Shown here: positions 26,601-36,399 of the stretch, piece by piece
Numbering within the stretch: position 1 is the first letter of the stretch
How the letters are laid out: every line of letters starts with the position of its first letter
Assembly (NCBI GenBank): GCA_964552005.1
Contig: CAZKFC010000001.1
Location: 29,983 to 93,982, forward strand
Direction of reading: 5' to 3'
DNA length: 64,000 nt
Source of the DNA: an uncultured Methanosarcinales archaeon
GTDB taxonomy: Archaea > Nanobdellota > Nanobdellia > Woesearchaeales > GW2011-AR15
Program-made: the position numbers and the translations under genes
Notes under the pieces: model-generated
The model's database searches: none
Told to the model about the DNA's origin: nothing
Seen by the model: only the letters and a program-made list of their open reading frames with translations

Positions 26601-27224
26601 ATGGCAATTCCAAAAAGAAAAGTCGCAACGAAAATCCTTGTTAATGACATTCTAACTTCTACTTATATTAAGAGGCCGGGCTGGGAGCCTTCCGGCATAT
26701 TAACAAAACAAGGAGAGGTGTCCCGTGTTCATCTTATGGGTGTGGTTGTTTCTTTGGCTAGGGAAGAAAATAGTATATCTTTGTTATTGGATGATGGTTC
26801 TGGAAACATAGTAATCAGAATTTTTGACAACACGATCTTGCCTGAAAACGTATCTTTAGGAAGTTTGGTGAGTGTGGTTGGTAAGCCAAGGGAATGGAAC
26901 AATTCCAAATATATTGTGCCTGAGCACATAAAATTAGTCCAAGACAAAAGATGGTATGAAGTTCATCAGAAACAAATTAAACTTTTTAAGAAGACAAACA
27001 GCATAAAACTTCCTGTTGACAAAAATGAAGAGTCAAGCACGGAAATAGGACCTTACCAAAAGATATTAAACACGGTTGCAATCTTAGATAAGGGAAAAGG
27101 CGCATCTGTTGAGGAAATCATTTCTAATCTTAACCTTCAAGGCACAGACAAAATCATACAGGCTTTAATAGAGGAAGGGGAAGTTTTTGAAATATCTCCT
27201 GGTAGAGTAAAGGTTCTAGAATAA
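26601..27224 (+). CDS. OB-fold nucleic-acid-binding protein with a C-terminal winged helix (RPA32-like architecture)
   Basis: OB-fold-like core (VSRVHLMGVVVSLAREENSISLLLDDGSGNIVIRIFDN...VSVVGKPREWNN). C-terminal wH-like segment (VEEIISNLNLQGTDKIIQALIEEGEVFEISPGRVKV). Starts 4 nt after the MCM stop. Confidence 0.4.
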   Translation: MAIPKRKVATKILVNDILTSTYIKRPGWEPSGILTKQGEVSRVHLMGVVVSLAREENSISLLLDDGSGNIVIRIFDNTILPENVSLGSLVSVVGKPREWNNSKYIVPEHIKLVQDKRWYEVHQKQIKLFKKTNSIKLPVDKNEESSTEIGPYQKILNTVAILDKGKGASVEEIISNLNLQGTDKIIQALIEEGEVFEISPGRVKVLE

Positions 27225-27225
27225 C

Positions 27226-28077
27226 TTAAAAAAACAGAGGTGTTACCCAGACTTCTAAGATAGCTGCTGATATAATCAAAAATAAGCTTAATAACAACAA
27301 TATTGAAGAATCCATAATTATTTTTTCATAATTCTTAGTTCCGAAATCATGCCTTATTGCGGCTATTGAAATAATCCCGCCGGCAAGACCCGCAACAAAG
27401 TATGCCATTATTTCCGGGATGCCATGGATAGCATATCTGAATAAGCCAACAGATATTATTTGAAAGTAATTTAGTCCAAACACGAAATTAAATTCTCCAC
27501 TGATTTGGTATAGTTCTGTTCGAATGAAATTTCCTATGGCTGTTCCAATAACAGAAGCGTTCCACGTCAAGATGAATATGGCGCCTAGCCCGTATAAAAA
27601 TGAAAACAATATACAAAAAATTAAAACTTTCAGGTTATTTGACAATATTTGAGTGAAGGTTCTGAAATTTTGGTAACTATTGCCTGTTATATGTGATCTA
27701 ATATTGACAATGGTCTGAGTTTGTACTTCGTATAACCCGGAAACGGTGTTGCTTGGCAAAACTGTATACCAAAAGGCAAACGCAACAGTAGCGCCAATAA
27801 AATAATATATAAACACGTTTAATGCCCTACTATGTTCCCTTAACAAACTTTTTTCTCCTAACTCTGTTAAATCCTTTTTTTCTTCTACCTTAATAATATT
27901 ATATACTAAGGGTATGGCAGCCATTGTGGTAAGAAAAACCATTATTAAAGAGGAATGTTCGTTAAAAATCCACAAGCTTAGAAATAAGCCTATGCTGACG
28001 TAAAAGATCCCGTAGAAAAACAAATATTTTGGATGGAGTTCTGCTTTATGAGGAGATATTAAGGATTCTAATACCAT
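27226..28077 (-). CDS. Polytopic membrane protein (SpoIIM/DUF95-like)
   Basis: 283 aa with about 6 TM helices. No catalytic motifs recognised. Confidence 0.35.
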   Translation of the reverse strand: MVLESLISPHKAELHPKYLFFYGIFYVSIGLFLSLWIFNEHSSLIMVFLTTMAAIPLVYNIIKVEEKKDLTELGEKSLLREHSRALNVFIYYFIGATVAFAFWYTVLPSNTVSGLYEVQTQTIVNIRSHITGNSYQNFRTFTQILSNNLKVLIFCILFSFLYGLGAIFILTWNASVIGTAIGNFIRTELYQISGEFNFVFGLNYFQIISVGLFRYAIHGIPEIMAYFVAGLAGGIISIAAIRHDFGTKNYEKIIMDSSILLLLSLFLIISAAILEVWVTPLFF

Positions 28078-28100
28078 TATTCTATTTTTTTGAATATAGG

Positions 28101-28108
28101 TATATAAA
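28101..28108 (+). promoter_or_regulatory. TATA box (tatataaa) of the ribosomal-protein super-operon
   Basis: Canonical archaeal TATA octamer about 185 nt upstream of the L3 start. Implies an unusually long leader. Confidence 0.35.
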
Positions 28109-28292
28109 GATTTCTACTATTTCTATGAGGAAAGACCCACAACCTTTATAAATCACCTCTATTTCCAAAGACAAGACTTCACATAATTTGATCAAAATTT
28201 ATGTGACCTGAAAAGGTTCCCTTTTGGAAAGTTTCTGTGAAAAGGGCACCAACAATAGGTCTGTTAAAAAGAAAAAAGTTAACATAGATAAA

Positions 28293-29276
28293 ATGCCGAA
28301 CGTACGTCAACCAAGATCAGGATCATTGCAGTTTTGGCCTAGGAAAAGAGCCAAAAAAGAAATCCCTAGACGTAGAACTTTGTCTAAATCTTTAGAATAT
28401 GGGCTATTGGGCTTTGCCGGATACAAGGTCGGCATGACACATTTGGTTGTTATAGAAACAAACAAGCATTCTCACAAAAAAGGCGAAGAAATTTCAATAC
28501 CAGTTACAATGATAGAGTGTCCTCCTTTAAAAATTAAGTCTGTAAGATTGTATAAAAAAATAAATCTTGCTATGAAGGTTGTTAAGGAGATTGACCTTTA
28601 CAAGAAAGACAAAGAACTTTCTAAAAAACTAACCTTGTCAAAAAAACCTTCTGCTTTTGATTTAGCTAAACTAAGCCATGAATATGATGATGTGCGCGTT
28701 CTTGTTTATACACAGCCCAGGCTAACAGGAATAGGTAAGAAAAAGCCAGAATTATTTGAATTGTCTTTGGGAGGTTCTGTTGAGGATAAGCTAAGGTTTG
28801 TTAAAGAGAACGTTGGCAAGGAAATTACATTAAAAGAAATTTTTAATGATGGAGATTTAGTTGATTTGAAAGCTGTGACAAGAGGTAAAGGGTTTCAAGG
28901 CCCTGTCAAAAGATTTGGTATATCAATAAGACACCACAAATCTGAGAAATCCATTAGGAATCCAGGTTCTTTGGGGCCGTGGTGTGCTCAGGGTCATATC
29001 ATGTGGAGAGTTGCACATGCCGGCAAAATGGGTTATCATCTTAGGACAGAATATAACAAACAGATATTGAAAATTATTACTGAACCTAAAGATATCGTGT
29101 TTAAAGGAGGAATTATTAATTATGGCAATGTTAAAAACCCAGTAATTTTAATAAAAGGTTCTGTTGCAGGGCCAAAAAAACGGCTGATAATTTTTCAAAA
29201 GGCTATAAGAATAAAAAAACAGCCTCAACTCCCAACCATACAAAAGATCAGTTTAGAGGAAAAGCAAGGTAATTAA
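28293..29276 (+). CDS. rpl3: 50S ribosomal protein uL3
   Basis: N-terminus MPNVRQPRSGSLQFWPRKRA matches archaeal L3. Start placed at the internal Met of the tracked ORF. Confidence 0.9.
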   Translation: MPNVRQPRSGSLQFWPRKRAKKEIPRRRTLSKSLEYGLLGFAGYKVGMTHLVVIETNKHSHKKGEEISIPVTMIECPPLKIKSVRLYKKINLAMKVVKEIDLYKKDKELSKKLTLSKKPSAFDLAKLSHEYDDVRVLVYTQPRLTGIGKKKPELFELSLGGSVEDKLRFVKENVGKEITLKEIFNDGDLVDLKAVTRGKGFQGPVKRFGISIRHHKSEKSIRNPGSLGPWCAQGHIMWRVAHAGKMGYHLRTEYNKQILKIITEPKDIVFKGGIINYGNVKNPVILIKGSVAGPKKRLIIFQKAIRIKKQPQLPTIQKISLEEKQGN

Positions 29277-29278
29277 AG

Positions 29279-30181
29279 ATGAAGGCAATATTAAAAAGCG
29301 CCGCGGGAACCACAAAAGGCACTATAAATTTACCTGTGCAATTTGAAGAGGAAATCAGACCAGATTTAATTAAAAGAGCTGTTTTGGCTGTGCAAAGTCA
29401 TAAATACCAGCCGCAAGGAACAGATATTGAAGCCGGAAAAAAATATTCTTCTAAACTTTCAAGGAGAAGGCGTGATTATAAAACATCTTATGGCTATGGT
29501 ATATCGCGGGTTCCGCGTAAGATTTTGAGTTATAGAGGTACAAGGTTTAACTGGCAAGGCGCCACATCACCCAATACTGTCGGCGGTAGGCAATCCCACC
29601 CGCCAAAGTCAGAGAAGATTATTTATAGAAAAATTAACAAGAAAGAAAGAAGAAAGGCAATTAGATCAGCAATGGCCGCTTCTGTACAAAAAGAGCTTGT
29701 TTTGAAAAGAGGACATTATGTTGAAGAATATCCCTTGGTATTAGAAGACTCCATTGAAAATCTTAAACAAACAAAAGATGTGTTGTCCTTGTTAAAGAAA
29801 TTAAAGATGGAAAAAGAACTTGAAAGGGCAGCAAAAAAAACAAGAAAAACAGGCAATGCGCGAAGGCGAGGAAGAAAAAGCAAGAGAAGAAAAGGACCTT
29901 TATTTGTTGTGTCAAAGAAATGTGACTTGGTAAAAGCAGCGTCTAATATTCCAGGTGTAAATGTTGTTGAAATTGAAAGTTTAAACGCAGAATTGCTTGC
30001 ACCGGGCTGTGAAATAGGCAGACTCACTTTTTATACGAAAAGCGCGGTTGAAAAACTTGAGAAATTAAATTTATTTACAGACAATAGGGTTGAAAAAAAG
30101 CCAGAAGAAAAGAAAACAAGAGGTAAGCAAGAAATTAAAGTAGAGCAAAAGAAAAAGCAGCCCAAGGTAACTAAAAAATGA
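29279..30181 (+). CDS. rpl4: 50S ribosomal protein uL4, with a C-terminal K/E-rich extension
   Basis: Position after L3 and an L4-family N-terminal region. 300 aa, with the tail KKPEEKKTRGKQEIKVEQKKKQPKVTKK. Confidence 0.85.
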   Translation: MKAILKSAAGTTKGTINLPVQFEEEIRPDLIKRAVLAVQSHKYQPQGTDIEAGKKYSSKLSRRRRDYKTSYGYGISRVPRKILSYRGTRFNWQGATSPNTVGGRQSHPPKSEKIIYRKINKKERRKAIRSAMAASVQKELVLKRGHYVEEYPLVLEDSIENLKQTKDVLSLLKKLKMEKELERAAKKTRKTGNARRRGRKSKRRKGPLFVVSKKCDLVKAASNIPGVNVVEIESLNAELLAPGCEIGRLTFYTKSAVEKLEKLNLFTDNRVEKKPEEKKTRGKQEIKVEQKKKQPKVTKK

Positions 30182-30432
30182 CTACTATAATAAAATATCC
30201 GCTGTCAACTGAAAAAACTATTAGGCAGATGGAAGCAGAGAATAAACTGGTGTTTATAGTAGATAAAAAAGCAACAAAGCAGATGATAAAAGAACATATT
30301 GAAAAGCTGTACAATGTTAAAGTTAAAAAAGTTAATACATGTATAGATACAAAAAACCGGAAAAAAGCCTATATAACCTTTACGGGAGATACACCAGCCA
30401 TTGACTTGGCAACACAACTAGGATTAATGTAA
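30178..30432 (+). CDS. rpl23: 50S ribosomal protein uL23
   Basis: 84 aa in the L3-L4-L23-L2 order. 4-nt overlap with L4. Confidence 0.85.
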   Translation: MTTIIKYPLSTEKTIRQMEAENKLVFIVDKKATKQMIKEHIEKLYNVKVKKVNTCIDTKNRKKAYITFTGDTPAIDLATQLGLM

Positions 30433-30440
30433 TTAAAAAA

Positions 30441-31145
30441 ATGGGAAAAAACCTTATTCAACAAGCACGTGGTAAAGGTGGCCCAACTTACAGGGCTCCT
30501 AGTTTTAAGTATAAGGCGAAAGTATCTTATCCCAAAACAGCAGTTGTTGGCGAGGTTGTTAATTTCATTAAATGTAGAGGCCATTCATCTCCTTTGGTAG
30601 AAGTTAAATATGATAATGGTGAAAAAACATATTTGGTAGCAGCAGAGGGCATGCGCGTTGGTGATAAGATTAATACAGGCAAAGACGCAGTTAAAAAACC
30701 AGGCAACAGCCTATACTTGAAAGATATACCTGTTGGTACATCTATATTTAACATTGAATTGAAGCCTGGAGATGGCGGCAAATTTGTCAGAAGCGGAGGT
30801 TGTTTTGCGAAATTATTATCTAAGAAAGAAGATGAAGTTATTGTAATGTTGCCATCTAAAAAACAAAAGACGTTTAGTCCAGATTGCAGGGCAACCATTG
30901 GCGTTATTGCTGGCTCAGGCAGAAAAGAAAAACCTTTTTTGAAAGCGGGCAGAAAATATCATTATATGAAAGCCCGTAACAAATTATATCCGCGTGTGTC
31001 AGGGATAGCAATGAACGCTGTTGACCATCCCCACGGCACGTCAAGGTCATCTAAAAAAGGACACCCAACTATAGCTAGGAAGAACGCTCCTCCGGGTGCA
31101 AAAGTTGGCAAGATCAGGCCCAGAAGAACAGGTATGAAGAGGTAA
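30441..31145 (+). CDS. rpl2: 50S ribosomal protein uL2
   Basis: GRNxxGxITxRHRGGGHK-like conserved core (…[37 protein letters not shown]…). Confidence 0.95.
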   Translation: MGKNLIQQARGKGGPTYRAPSFKYKAKVSYPKTAVVGEVVNFIKCRGHSSPLVEVKYDNGEKTYLVAAEGMRVGDKINTGKDAVKKPGNSLYLKDIPVGTSIFNIELKPGDGGKFVRSGGCFAKLLSKKEDEVIVMLPSKKQKTFSPDCRATIGVIAGSGRKEKPFLKAGRKYHYMKARNKLYPRVSGIAMNAVDHPHGTSRSSKKGHPTIARKNAPPGAKVGKIRPRRTGMKR

Positions 31146-31147
31146 AA

Positions 31148-31531
31148 ATGGTAAAAAAAGAAATAATGTTTAGGGGAAAGAGCTTAGAAGAATTAAAAAA
31201 GTTGTCTATTAATGAATTTGCAGAACTTATACCTAGCAGGGCCCGAAGAAGTTTAAAAAGGGGATTAACCGAAGAGCAGAAAAAATTACTTGAAAAAATA
31301 AAGAAGAATGATAAAAATATCAAGACGCATGCACGTGATATGGTTATATTGCCGGAATTTGTTGGTCACATCATTAGGATTCATAATGGTAAAGAATATG
31401 TTCCCTTAACAATAACAGAAGAAATGTTGGGACATTTTTTAGGAGAATTTTCATTAACAAGGAAAAAGATAGTACATAACGCACCGGGCGTTGGCGCGAC
31501 AAGAAGTAGCGGGGCAATATCAGTACGATGA
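31148..31531 (+). CDS. rps19: 30S ribosomal protein uS19
   Basis: …[45 protein letters not shown]… is the S19 signature. Confidence 0.9.
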   Translation: MVKKEIMFRGKSLEELKKLSINEFAELIPSRARRSLKRGLTEEQKKLLEKIKKNDKNIKTHARDMVILPEFVGHIIRIHNGKEYVPLTITEEMLGHFLGEFSLTRKKIVHNAPGVGATRSSGAISVR

Positions 31532-32016
31532 AAATAAAATATTCAGTTCAAAATTTACAGGGAAATTATGCGAAAGCGTATGGACTTAATTTAAGTATAT
31601 CTACAAAGAAATCTGTAGAAATCTGTAATAATATCCGAGGTAAGAACTTGGAAATGGCCAAACAAATCCTTGAAAAAGCAATTTCAAAAGAAAAGCCCAT
31701 TGTTATGAAAAGATACATTAAGGACAGTGCGCATAAAAAAGGAATGGCAACAGGTAAATATCCTGTAAAAGCCGCAACAGCAATATTAAAGATATTAAAG
31801 AATGCAGAGTCAAATGCACAAAGCAAGGGGCTTAGCACAAAAGACATGATAGTTTATCATATTGCTGCACACAAAGCATCGACACCATGGAGATATGGTA
31901 GGCAACGAAGAAGGAAAATGAAACGCTCTCATATTGAGGTTGTGTTGCTTGAGAAAAAAATCAACAACAGTGAAAAAAAGTTATTAAAGAAAAAACAGAG
32001 GAGAAAAAATGATTGA
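31528..32016 (+). CDS. rpl22: 50S ribosomal protein uL22
   Basis: Operon position plus the L22 family core. 4-nt overlap. Confidence 0.85.
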   Translation: MKIKYSVQNLQGNYAKAYGLNLSISTKKSVEICNNIRGKNLEMAKQILEKAISKEKPIVMKRYIKDSAHKKGMATGKYPVKAATAILKILKNAESNAQSKGLSTKDMIVYHIAAHKASTPWRYGRQRRRKMKRSHIEVVLLEKKINNSEKKLLKKKQRRKND

Positions 32017-32809
32017 ACGCAGTATAGTTTCAAGAAAAAAAGTTGAATTTCAGATTCAAGAATTTATTAAAGACAGTTTAAAAGGAGTTGGTCTTAGTCA
32101 TTCAAAAATACAGAGAACGCCTCTTGGAGAAAAAATTATTGTGTATGCGTCCAGACCGGGCCTTGTAATAGGCGGTGGCGGTGCTAATATAAAGAAATTA
32201 ACAAAACAGTTGAAGAAAAAATTCGGATTAGAAAACCCGCAGATTGAAATTAGTGAAGTTGAGAATGTAAATTTAGTGGCATCCATAGTTGCAGAGCGGA
32301 TAGCGTCTGCACTTGAAAAATATGGGACAATGAGGTTTAAAGGGATAGGGCATAAGGCAATGGCAGACGTCCTTGCTTCAGGCGCAAAAGGCGTTGAAAT
32401 TTTGATTAGTGGTAAAATACCGAGTGCCCGTGCGCGAACATGGAGGTTTTATCAAGGATATATAAAGAAATGCGGAAATGCTGCCTTAACATTGGTAGAC
32501 ACAGCTTATACAATTGCAAACCTAAAATCTGGTATTGTTGGCATTAAAGTAAGCATCATGCCTCCTGATGTAAGGTTGCCTGATGAGATTAAATTTATTG
32601 AAGAACAAATTGAAGAGGTCCCACCGGCAGAAGCATCAAATCTTAATGAAGAGATAAAAGTGATTACAGAAGCAGATAAGCCTACAGAAATTGAAGAAAA
32701 TAAAGAAGAGAAAGAAAAATCAAAGAAGAAAAAACCCACTGAAAAAAGTAATAAATCTAAGTCAAAAGAAAAGCAAAAGAAGACTGTTAAGAAGAAAACT
32801 AAAAAATGA
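32009..32809 (+). CDS. rps3: 30S ribosomal protein uS3, with a long K/E-rich C-terminal tail
   Basis: KH domain (…LVIGGGGANIKKLT…). Operon position. Lysine-rich tail of roughly 70 aa. Confidence 0.9.
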   Translation: MIERSIVSRKKVEFQIQEFIKDSLKGVGLSHSKIQRTPLGEKIIVYASRPGLVIGGGGANIKKLTKQLKKKFGLENPQIEISEVENVNLVASIVAERIASALEKYGTMRFKGIGHKAMADVLASGAKGVEILISGKIPSARARTWRFYQGYIKKCGNAALTLVDTAYTIANLKSGIVGIKVSIMPPDVRLPDEIKFIEEQIEEVPPAEASNLNEEIKVITEADKPTEIEENKEEKEKSKKKKPTEKSNKSKSKEKQKKTVKKKTKK

Positions 32810-32988
32810 AAAAAAAGGATATAAAATCAATGTCAAAAGACAAAATTGAATCACAGTTACTTGAACTTAGAAGAGAATTAATCAAGTTAAATACTCAAGT
32901 TGCTACAGGAACAACTTTGAAAAATCCTGGGCAAGTTAAAAACATTAAAAAAAATATTGCGAGGTTATTAACACAGCTTAAAAAATGA
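32806..32988 (+). CDS. rpl29: 50S ribosomal protein uL29
   Basis: 60-aa helical protein in the canonical position. Confidence 0.8.
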   Translation: MKKKDIKSMSKDKIESQLLELRRELIKLNTQVATGTTLKNPGQVKNIKKNIARLLTQLKK

Positions 32989-33290
32989 CTGTATGTAACA
33001 CGTGTGGATTGCCTAAAGAGCTTTGTGTTTGTGAAAATATAGCAAAAGAAAGCCAGGAAATAAAAATATACACGATCAAGAAAAAGTTTGGAAAAAAGAA
33101 CACAGTTGTAGAGGGAATAGACACCAAACAAATTGATTTAAAGGATCTGGCCAAAAAATTGAAAAATATGCTTGCATGCGGCGGTACCTCCAAAGAAGGT
33201 AAAATTGAGCTGCAGGGCGAACACAGACAAAAAGTTAAGGAAGAGCTGGTAAAACTTGGCTTCCCACAAGAAACAATCCACGTCAAATGA
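32985..33290 (+). CDS. Translation initiation factor SUI1 (aIF1/eIF1)
   Basis: CGLPKELCVC followed by an SUI1 core (…KFGKKNTVVEGIDTK…KKLKNMLACGGTSKEG…IELQGEHR). Confidence 0.85.
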   Translation: MTVCNTCGLPKELCVCENIAKESQEIKIYTIKKKFGKKNTVVEGIDTKQIDLKDLAKKLKNMLACGGTSKEGKIELQGEHRQKVKEELVKLGFPQETIHVK

Positions 33291-33514
33291 TTCAAAAAGA
33301 ATTCATTGGAAAGAAAGCATCCATTGAGTATGCAGGCAAAGTGTTCACAGGAAAGATAGTTGATGAGACAAAAAACACACTTACATTACAAACAGAAACA
33401 AAAATTGTTAAGGTAATCAAGCAAAATTCAAAAATCAAAATCAATAATCAAAAAATAAATGGAAAAAAGATTGCAAAAAGGCCAGAAGACCGGATAAAAA
33501 TTAAAAATGGTTGA
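33287..33514 (+). CDS. RNase P protein component 1 (Rpp29/Pop4)
   Basis: …GKVFTGKIVDETKNTLTLQTE…VIKQNSKI… Sm-like barrel signature. Canonical position between SUI1 and S17. Confidence 0.7.
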   Translation: MIQKEFIGKKASIEYAGKVFTGKIVDETKNTLTLQTETKIVKVIKQNSKIKINNQKINGKKIAKRPEDRIKIKNG

Positions 33515-33776
33515 AACAAAAAAACAAACTAAAATACCAACGAGAGGACGTACTTTTACTGGAGTTGTTGTTAGTAGCAAGGCTCAAAAAACAGTTACAG
33601 TGCAGTGGAATCGCCGAGTATATATTCCAAAATATGAGCGTTATTTGACAAAGAGAAGCAAGGTTAAAGCGCATAACCCAGAGCTAACTTTGAAAGAAGG
33701 CGACACTGTCATAATAAAAGAATGTCGTCCAATAAGCAAAACCAAAAAATTCGTTGTTGTTGAGGTAGTTAAATGA
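33507..33776 (+). CDS. rps17: 30S ribosomal protein uS17
   Basis: OB-fold S17 signature (…GVVVSSKAQKTVTVQW…IKECRPISKTKKFVVVEV). Confidence 0.85.
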   Translation: MVETKKQTKIPTRGRTFTGVVVSSKAQKTVTVQWNRRVYIPKYERYLTKRSKVKAHNPELTLKEGDTVIIKECRPISKTKKFVVVEVVK

Positions 33777-34174
33777 AGGCTGTCAAATCTAGAGTAACAA
33801 AAGGATTGCCGACAGGCGCGAACATTGCAACCTGTGATAACTCCGGAGCTAAAATAATTGAAATTATATCTGTGCAAGGTTATAAAGGCAGAAAAAGAAG
33901 AAAGCCTTCTGCAGGTGTTGGAGACATGGTCAGGGCAGCTGTTAAAAAGGGTAGGCCCGATATGATGAAACAAATGGTTTATGCAGTTATTGTTAGGCAA
34001 AGAAAAGAATATAGGCGGCCAAACGGCACTCGAATAAAGTTTGAAGACAATGCTGCCGTTGTATTAAAAGATGACAAAGGCAATCCTAAAGGAACCATAT
34101 TTAAAGGACCTATTGCAAAGGAAGCTACTGAAAGGTGGCCTTCAATAGCAAAAGTTGCAAGTGTGATAATATGA
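33773..34174 (+). CDS. rpl14: 50S ribosomal protein uL14
   Basis: …CDNSGAKIIEII…GDMVRAAVKKG… is highly conserved L14. Confidence 0.9.
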   Translation: MKAVKSRVTKGLPTGANIATCDNSGAKIIEIISVQGYKGRKRRKPSAGVGDMVRAAVKKGRPDMMKQMVYAVIVRQRKEYRRPNGTRIKFEDNAAVVLKDDKGNPKGTIFKGPIAKEATERWPSIAKVASVII

Positions 34175-34551
34175 TAAAATTTTCAACAACCTGGAAATCC
34201 AGTAATAAGCCAAAGAAGCAACGTAAGTATAGAACAAACGCGCCTTTGCATATCAAAGGTAAGTTTTTGCATGCGCATTTATCAGAACAATTGTCAAAAA
34301 GGTATGGTAGGAGAACAATACGGGTAAGAAAAGGCGACAAGGTCAAAATAATGACAGGACAGTTTAAAGAAAAATCTGGGAAAGTTGAACAAGTAATGAC
34401 AAAAGAAGGCAAGTTGTTTGTTACAGGGATAGAAATCCAGAAAAAAGACGGGACAAAAACAAAATATCCTATAGCAGCATCTAATGTTATGATTACAGAC
34501 ATAGATCTTAATGATAAAAAACGACAAGAAAAACTGAAGAGGAAAGCATAA
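34171..34551 (+). CDS. rpl24: 50S ribosomal protein uL24
   Basis: KOW motif (…RVRKGDKVKIMTGQFKEKSGKV…). Start placed at MIKFST. Confidence 0.85.
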   Translation: MIKFSTTWKSSNKPKKQRKYRTNAPLHIKGKFLHAHLSEQLSKRYGRRTIRVRKGDKVKIMTGQFKEKSGKVEQVMTKEGKLFVTGIEIQKKDGTKTKYPIAASNVMITDIDLNDKKRQEKLKRKA

Positions 34552-35252
34552 TGGTAAAAAGGCATTTAAAAACATTAACAGTTCCTAAAACATGGCCAAT
34601 AAAAAGAAAAGGCCAAAAGTTCGTAGTCAGGCCTACGCCAAGTAAAAAGTATATGACGAGCATACCCCTTTCTTTAGTATTTAAGACAATGTTAAAATCC
34701 TGTAAAACAATGAAGGAAGTGAAAAACATATTACAAGACAAAGAAGTTTTTTTAAATGGTAGACGACAAAAAAATCCCCGCTCTTTACTAGGATTAATGG
34801 ATGTTTTGTCTGTGCCAGAATCAAAAGAGTATTACAGGCTAATTATTAACAAAAATAAAAAATTACAGATAATAAAAATATCAGATAAAGAAGCTCAATT
34901 CAAATTATGTAAAGTTATTGGGAAAACTTTCTTAAAAAAAGGCGTTGTTCAATTAAATTTGTCGGATGGACGTAATATAAACGTTAAAAAAGACAAGTTT
35001 GTTGTTGGAGACAGTCTTTTGATAGAACTTCCTAAACAAAAAATCAAAGAACATTACAAGTTTGAAAAAGGTAGTTATGCATATCTGGTGAAAGGAAAAC
35101 ATATTGGTGCACAAGGCACTGTCCAGGACATATTATCAGAAGGAGCACAAACAATGGTGTCTATTAAAACAAGCAAAGGCGTGTTTAAAACACCGAAAGA
35201 TGCTGTTTTTATTATAGGGAAAGACAAGCCCGCTATTAAGATTGAAAAATGA
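34551..35252 (+). CDS. rps4e: 30S ribosomal protein eS4
   Basis: N-terminus MVKRHLKTLTVPKTWPIKRKGQKFVVRP is the S4e signature. Confidence 0.85.
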   Translation: MVKRHLKTLTVPKTWPIKRKGQKFVVRPTPSKKYMTSIPLSLVFKTMLKSCKTMKEVKNILQDKEVFLNGRRQKNPRSLLGLMDVLSVPESKEYYRLIINKNKKLQIIKISDKEAQFKLCKVIGKTFLKKGVVQLNLSDGRNINVKKDKFVVGDSLLIELPKQKIKEHYKFEKGSYAYLVKGKHIGAQGTVQDILSEGAQTMVSIKTSKGVFKTPKDAVFIIGKDKPAIKIEK

Positions 35253-35761
35253 ACGTGATGAAAAATATCAGGATAGAGAAATTAACTTTAAACATAGGTG
35301 CAGGATCTGACCAAGACAAGTTAAAGAAAGGAATAAGGCTGTTAAAAAATCTCACAGGAATTGAGCCAGTTAAAACCATTACAACAAAAAGGATACCTAC
35401 TTGGGGTGTCCGTCCGGGCCTACCTATTGGATGTAAGTTAACAATCCGGGGCAAAAAAGCAGAAGAACTTTTGAAAAGATTATTGGTTGCAAAAGACAAC
35501 AAGCTTAAAGAAGATTGTTACGGCGAAAACGGCACAGTTTCATTTGGGATAAAAGAATATATAGATGTGCCGAATCTTGAGTATGATGCTTCAATCGGAA
35601 TAATTGGGTTTCAAGCCAGCGTAACATTGTCAAGACCAGGGTTTAGAGTTAAGAAAAGAAAAAACCGTAAATCCAAAATTGGCAAGAAGCACTTGATAAC
35701 TAAAGAAGAGGCAATAGATTATTTTAAGAAAGAGTTCAATGTTAGCATGGAGGAAAAATGA
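35249..35761 (+). CDS. rpl5: 50S ribosomal protein uL5
   Basis: …IRIEKLTLNIGAG…GIIGFQ… L5 core. Operon position. Confidence 0.9.
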   Translation: MNVMKNIRIEKLTLNIGAGSDQDKLKKGIRLLKNLTGIEPVKTITTKRIPTWGVRPGLPIGCKLTIRGKKAEELLKRLLVAKDNKLKEDCYGENGTVSFGIKEYIDVPNLEYDASIGIIGFQASVTLSRPGFRVKKRKNRKSKIGKKHLITKEEAIDYFKKEFNVSMEEK

Positions 35762-35994
35762 CAACATCAAGTCCAAACAAAATGTTTAAACAATTGAAAA
35801 ATAAACAACCTAAGTTAAAAAGGTTTAGGAAATACAATCTGCCAAAAGAAAAATCTTGCGGCAGGCACACCTCAAAATGTACACGGTGTGGCAGAACAGG
35901 CATAGGCGGGTTTGTCAGTTCATATAATCTAAGATACTGTAGATGTTGTTTTAGAGAAATTGCTACAAAATTAGGGTTTAAAAAATATAGCTGA
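35758..35994 (+). CDS. rps14: 30S ribosomal protein uS14 (zinc-binding type)
   Basis: CxxC...CxxC (CTRCGRTGIGG…CRCCFRE) zinc-ribbon S14. ATGA overlap with L5. Carries an N-terminal extension. Confidence 0.8.
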   Translation: MTTSSPNKMFKQLKNKQPKLKRFRKYNLPKEKSCGRHTSKCTRCGRTGIGGFVSSYNLRYCRCCFREIATKLGFKKYS

Positions 35995-36003
35995 GGAAAA
36001 AAA

Positions 36004-36396
36004 ATGACACTTAACGATCCATTGGCAAACGTGCTTTCACACATCATGACAGAAGATAAAAAAGGTAGAAAACACACAATAATAGGAAACAATTCAAAGA
36101 TGATTAGGGAGGTTTTGAATTTACTTAAACAGCACAATTATGTTGGCGATATAAAAGAAACGAAGCATGGCTTAGGAAATGCTCTTGAAATTAATTTATT
36201 GGGCGCAATAAATAAAACAGGTGTTATAAAACCACGACATGGTGTTAAAGTTGAAGATTATAAAAAGTTCGAGAAAAGGTTTTTACCGGCCTTTGGGTTT
36301 GGGTTTTTGATAGTTTCAACTAACAAAGGCATAATGACACAGGAAGATGCTATAAAACAAAACTTAGGAGGAAAATTATTGGCTTACGTTTATTAA
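36004..36396 (+). CDS. rps8: 30S ribosomal protein uS8
   Basis: MTLNDPLANVLSHI… S8 N-terminal signature. Confidence 0.9.
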   Translation: MTLNDPLANVLSHIMTEDKKGRKHTIIGNNSKMIREVLNLLKQHNYVGDIKETKHGLGNALEINLLGAINKTGVIKPRHGVKVEDYKKFEKRFLPAFGFGFLIVSTNKGIMTQEDAIKQNLGGKLLAYVY

Positions 36397-36399
36397 AAA

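Noticed and set aside
28224-28292. N-terminal 23 codons of the tracked L3 ORF (MESFCEKGTNNRSVKKKKVNIDK)
   Set aside because: Archaeal L3 starts at MP..R...PRRGSL. The region instead contains the leader hairpins described in the findings.
32506-32739. ORFs antisense to the S3 C-terminal tail and others within the r-protein operon (31566-31847, 34125-34565, 35742-36137 and similar)
   Set aside because: Frame shadows of highly conserved ribosomal protein genes.
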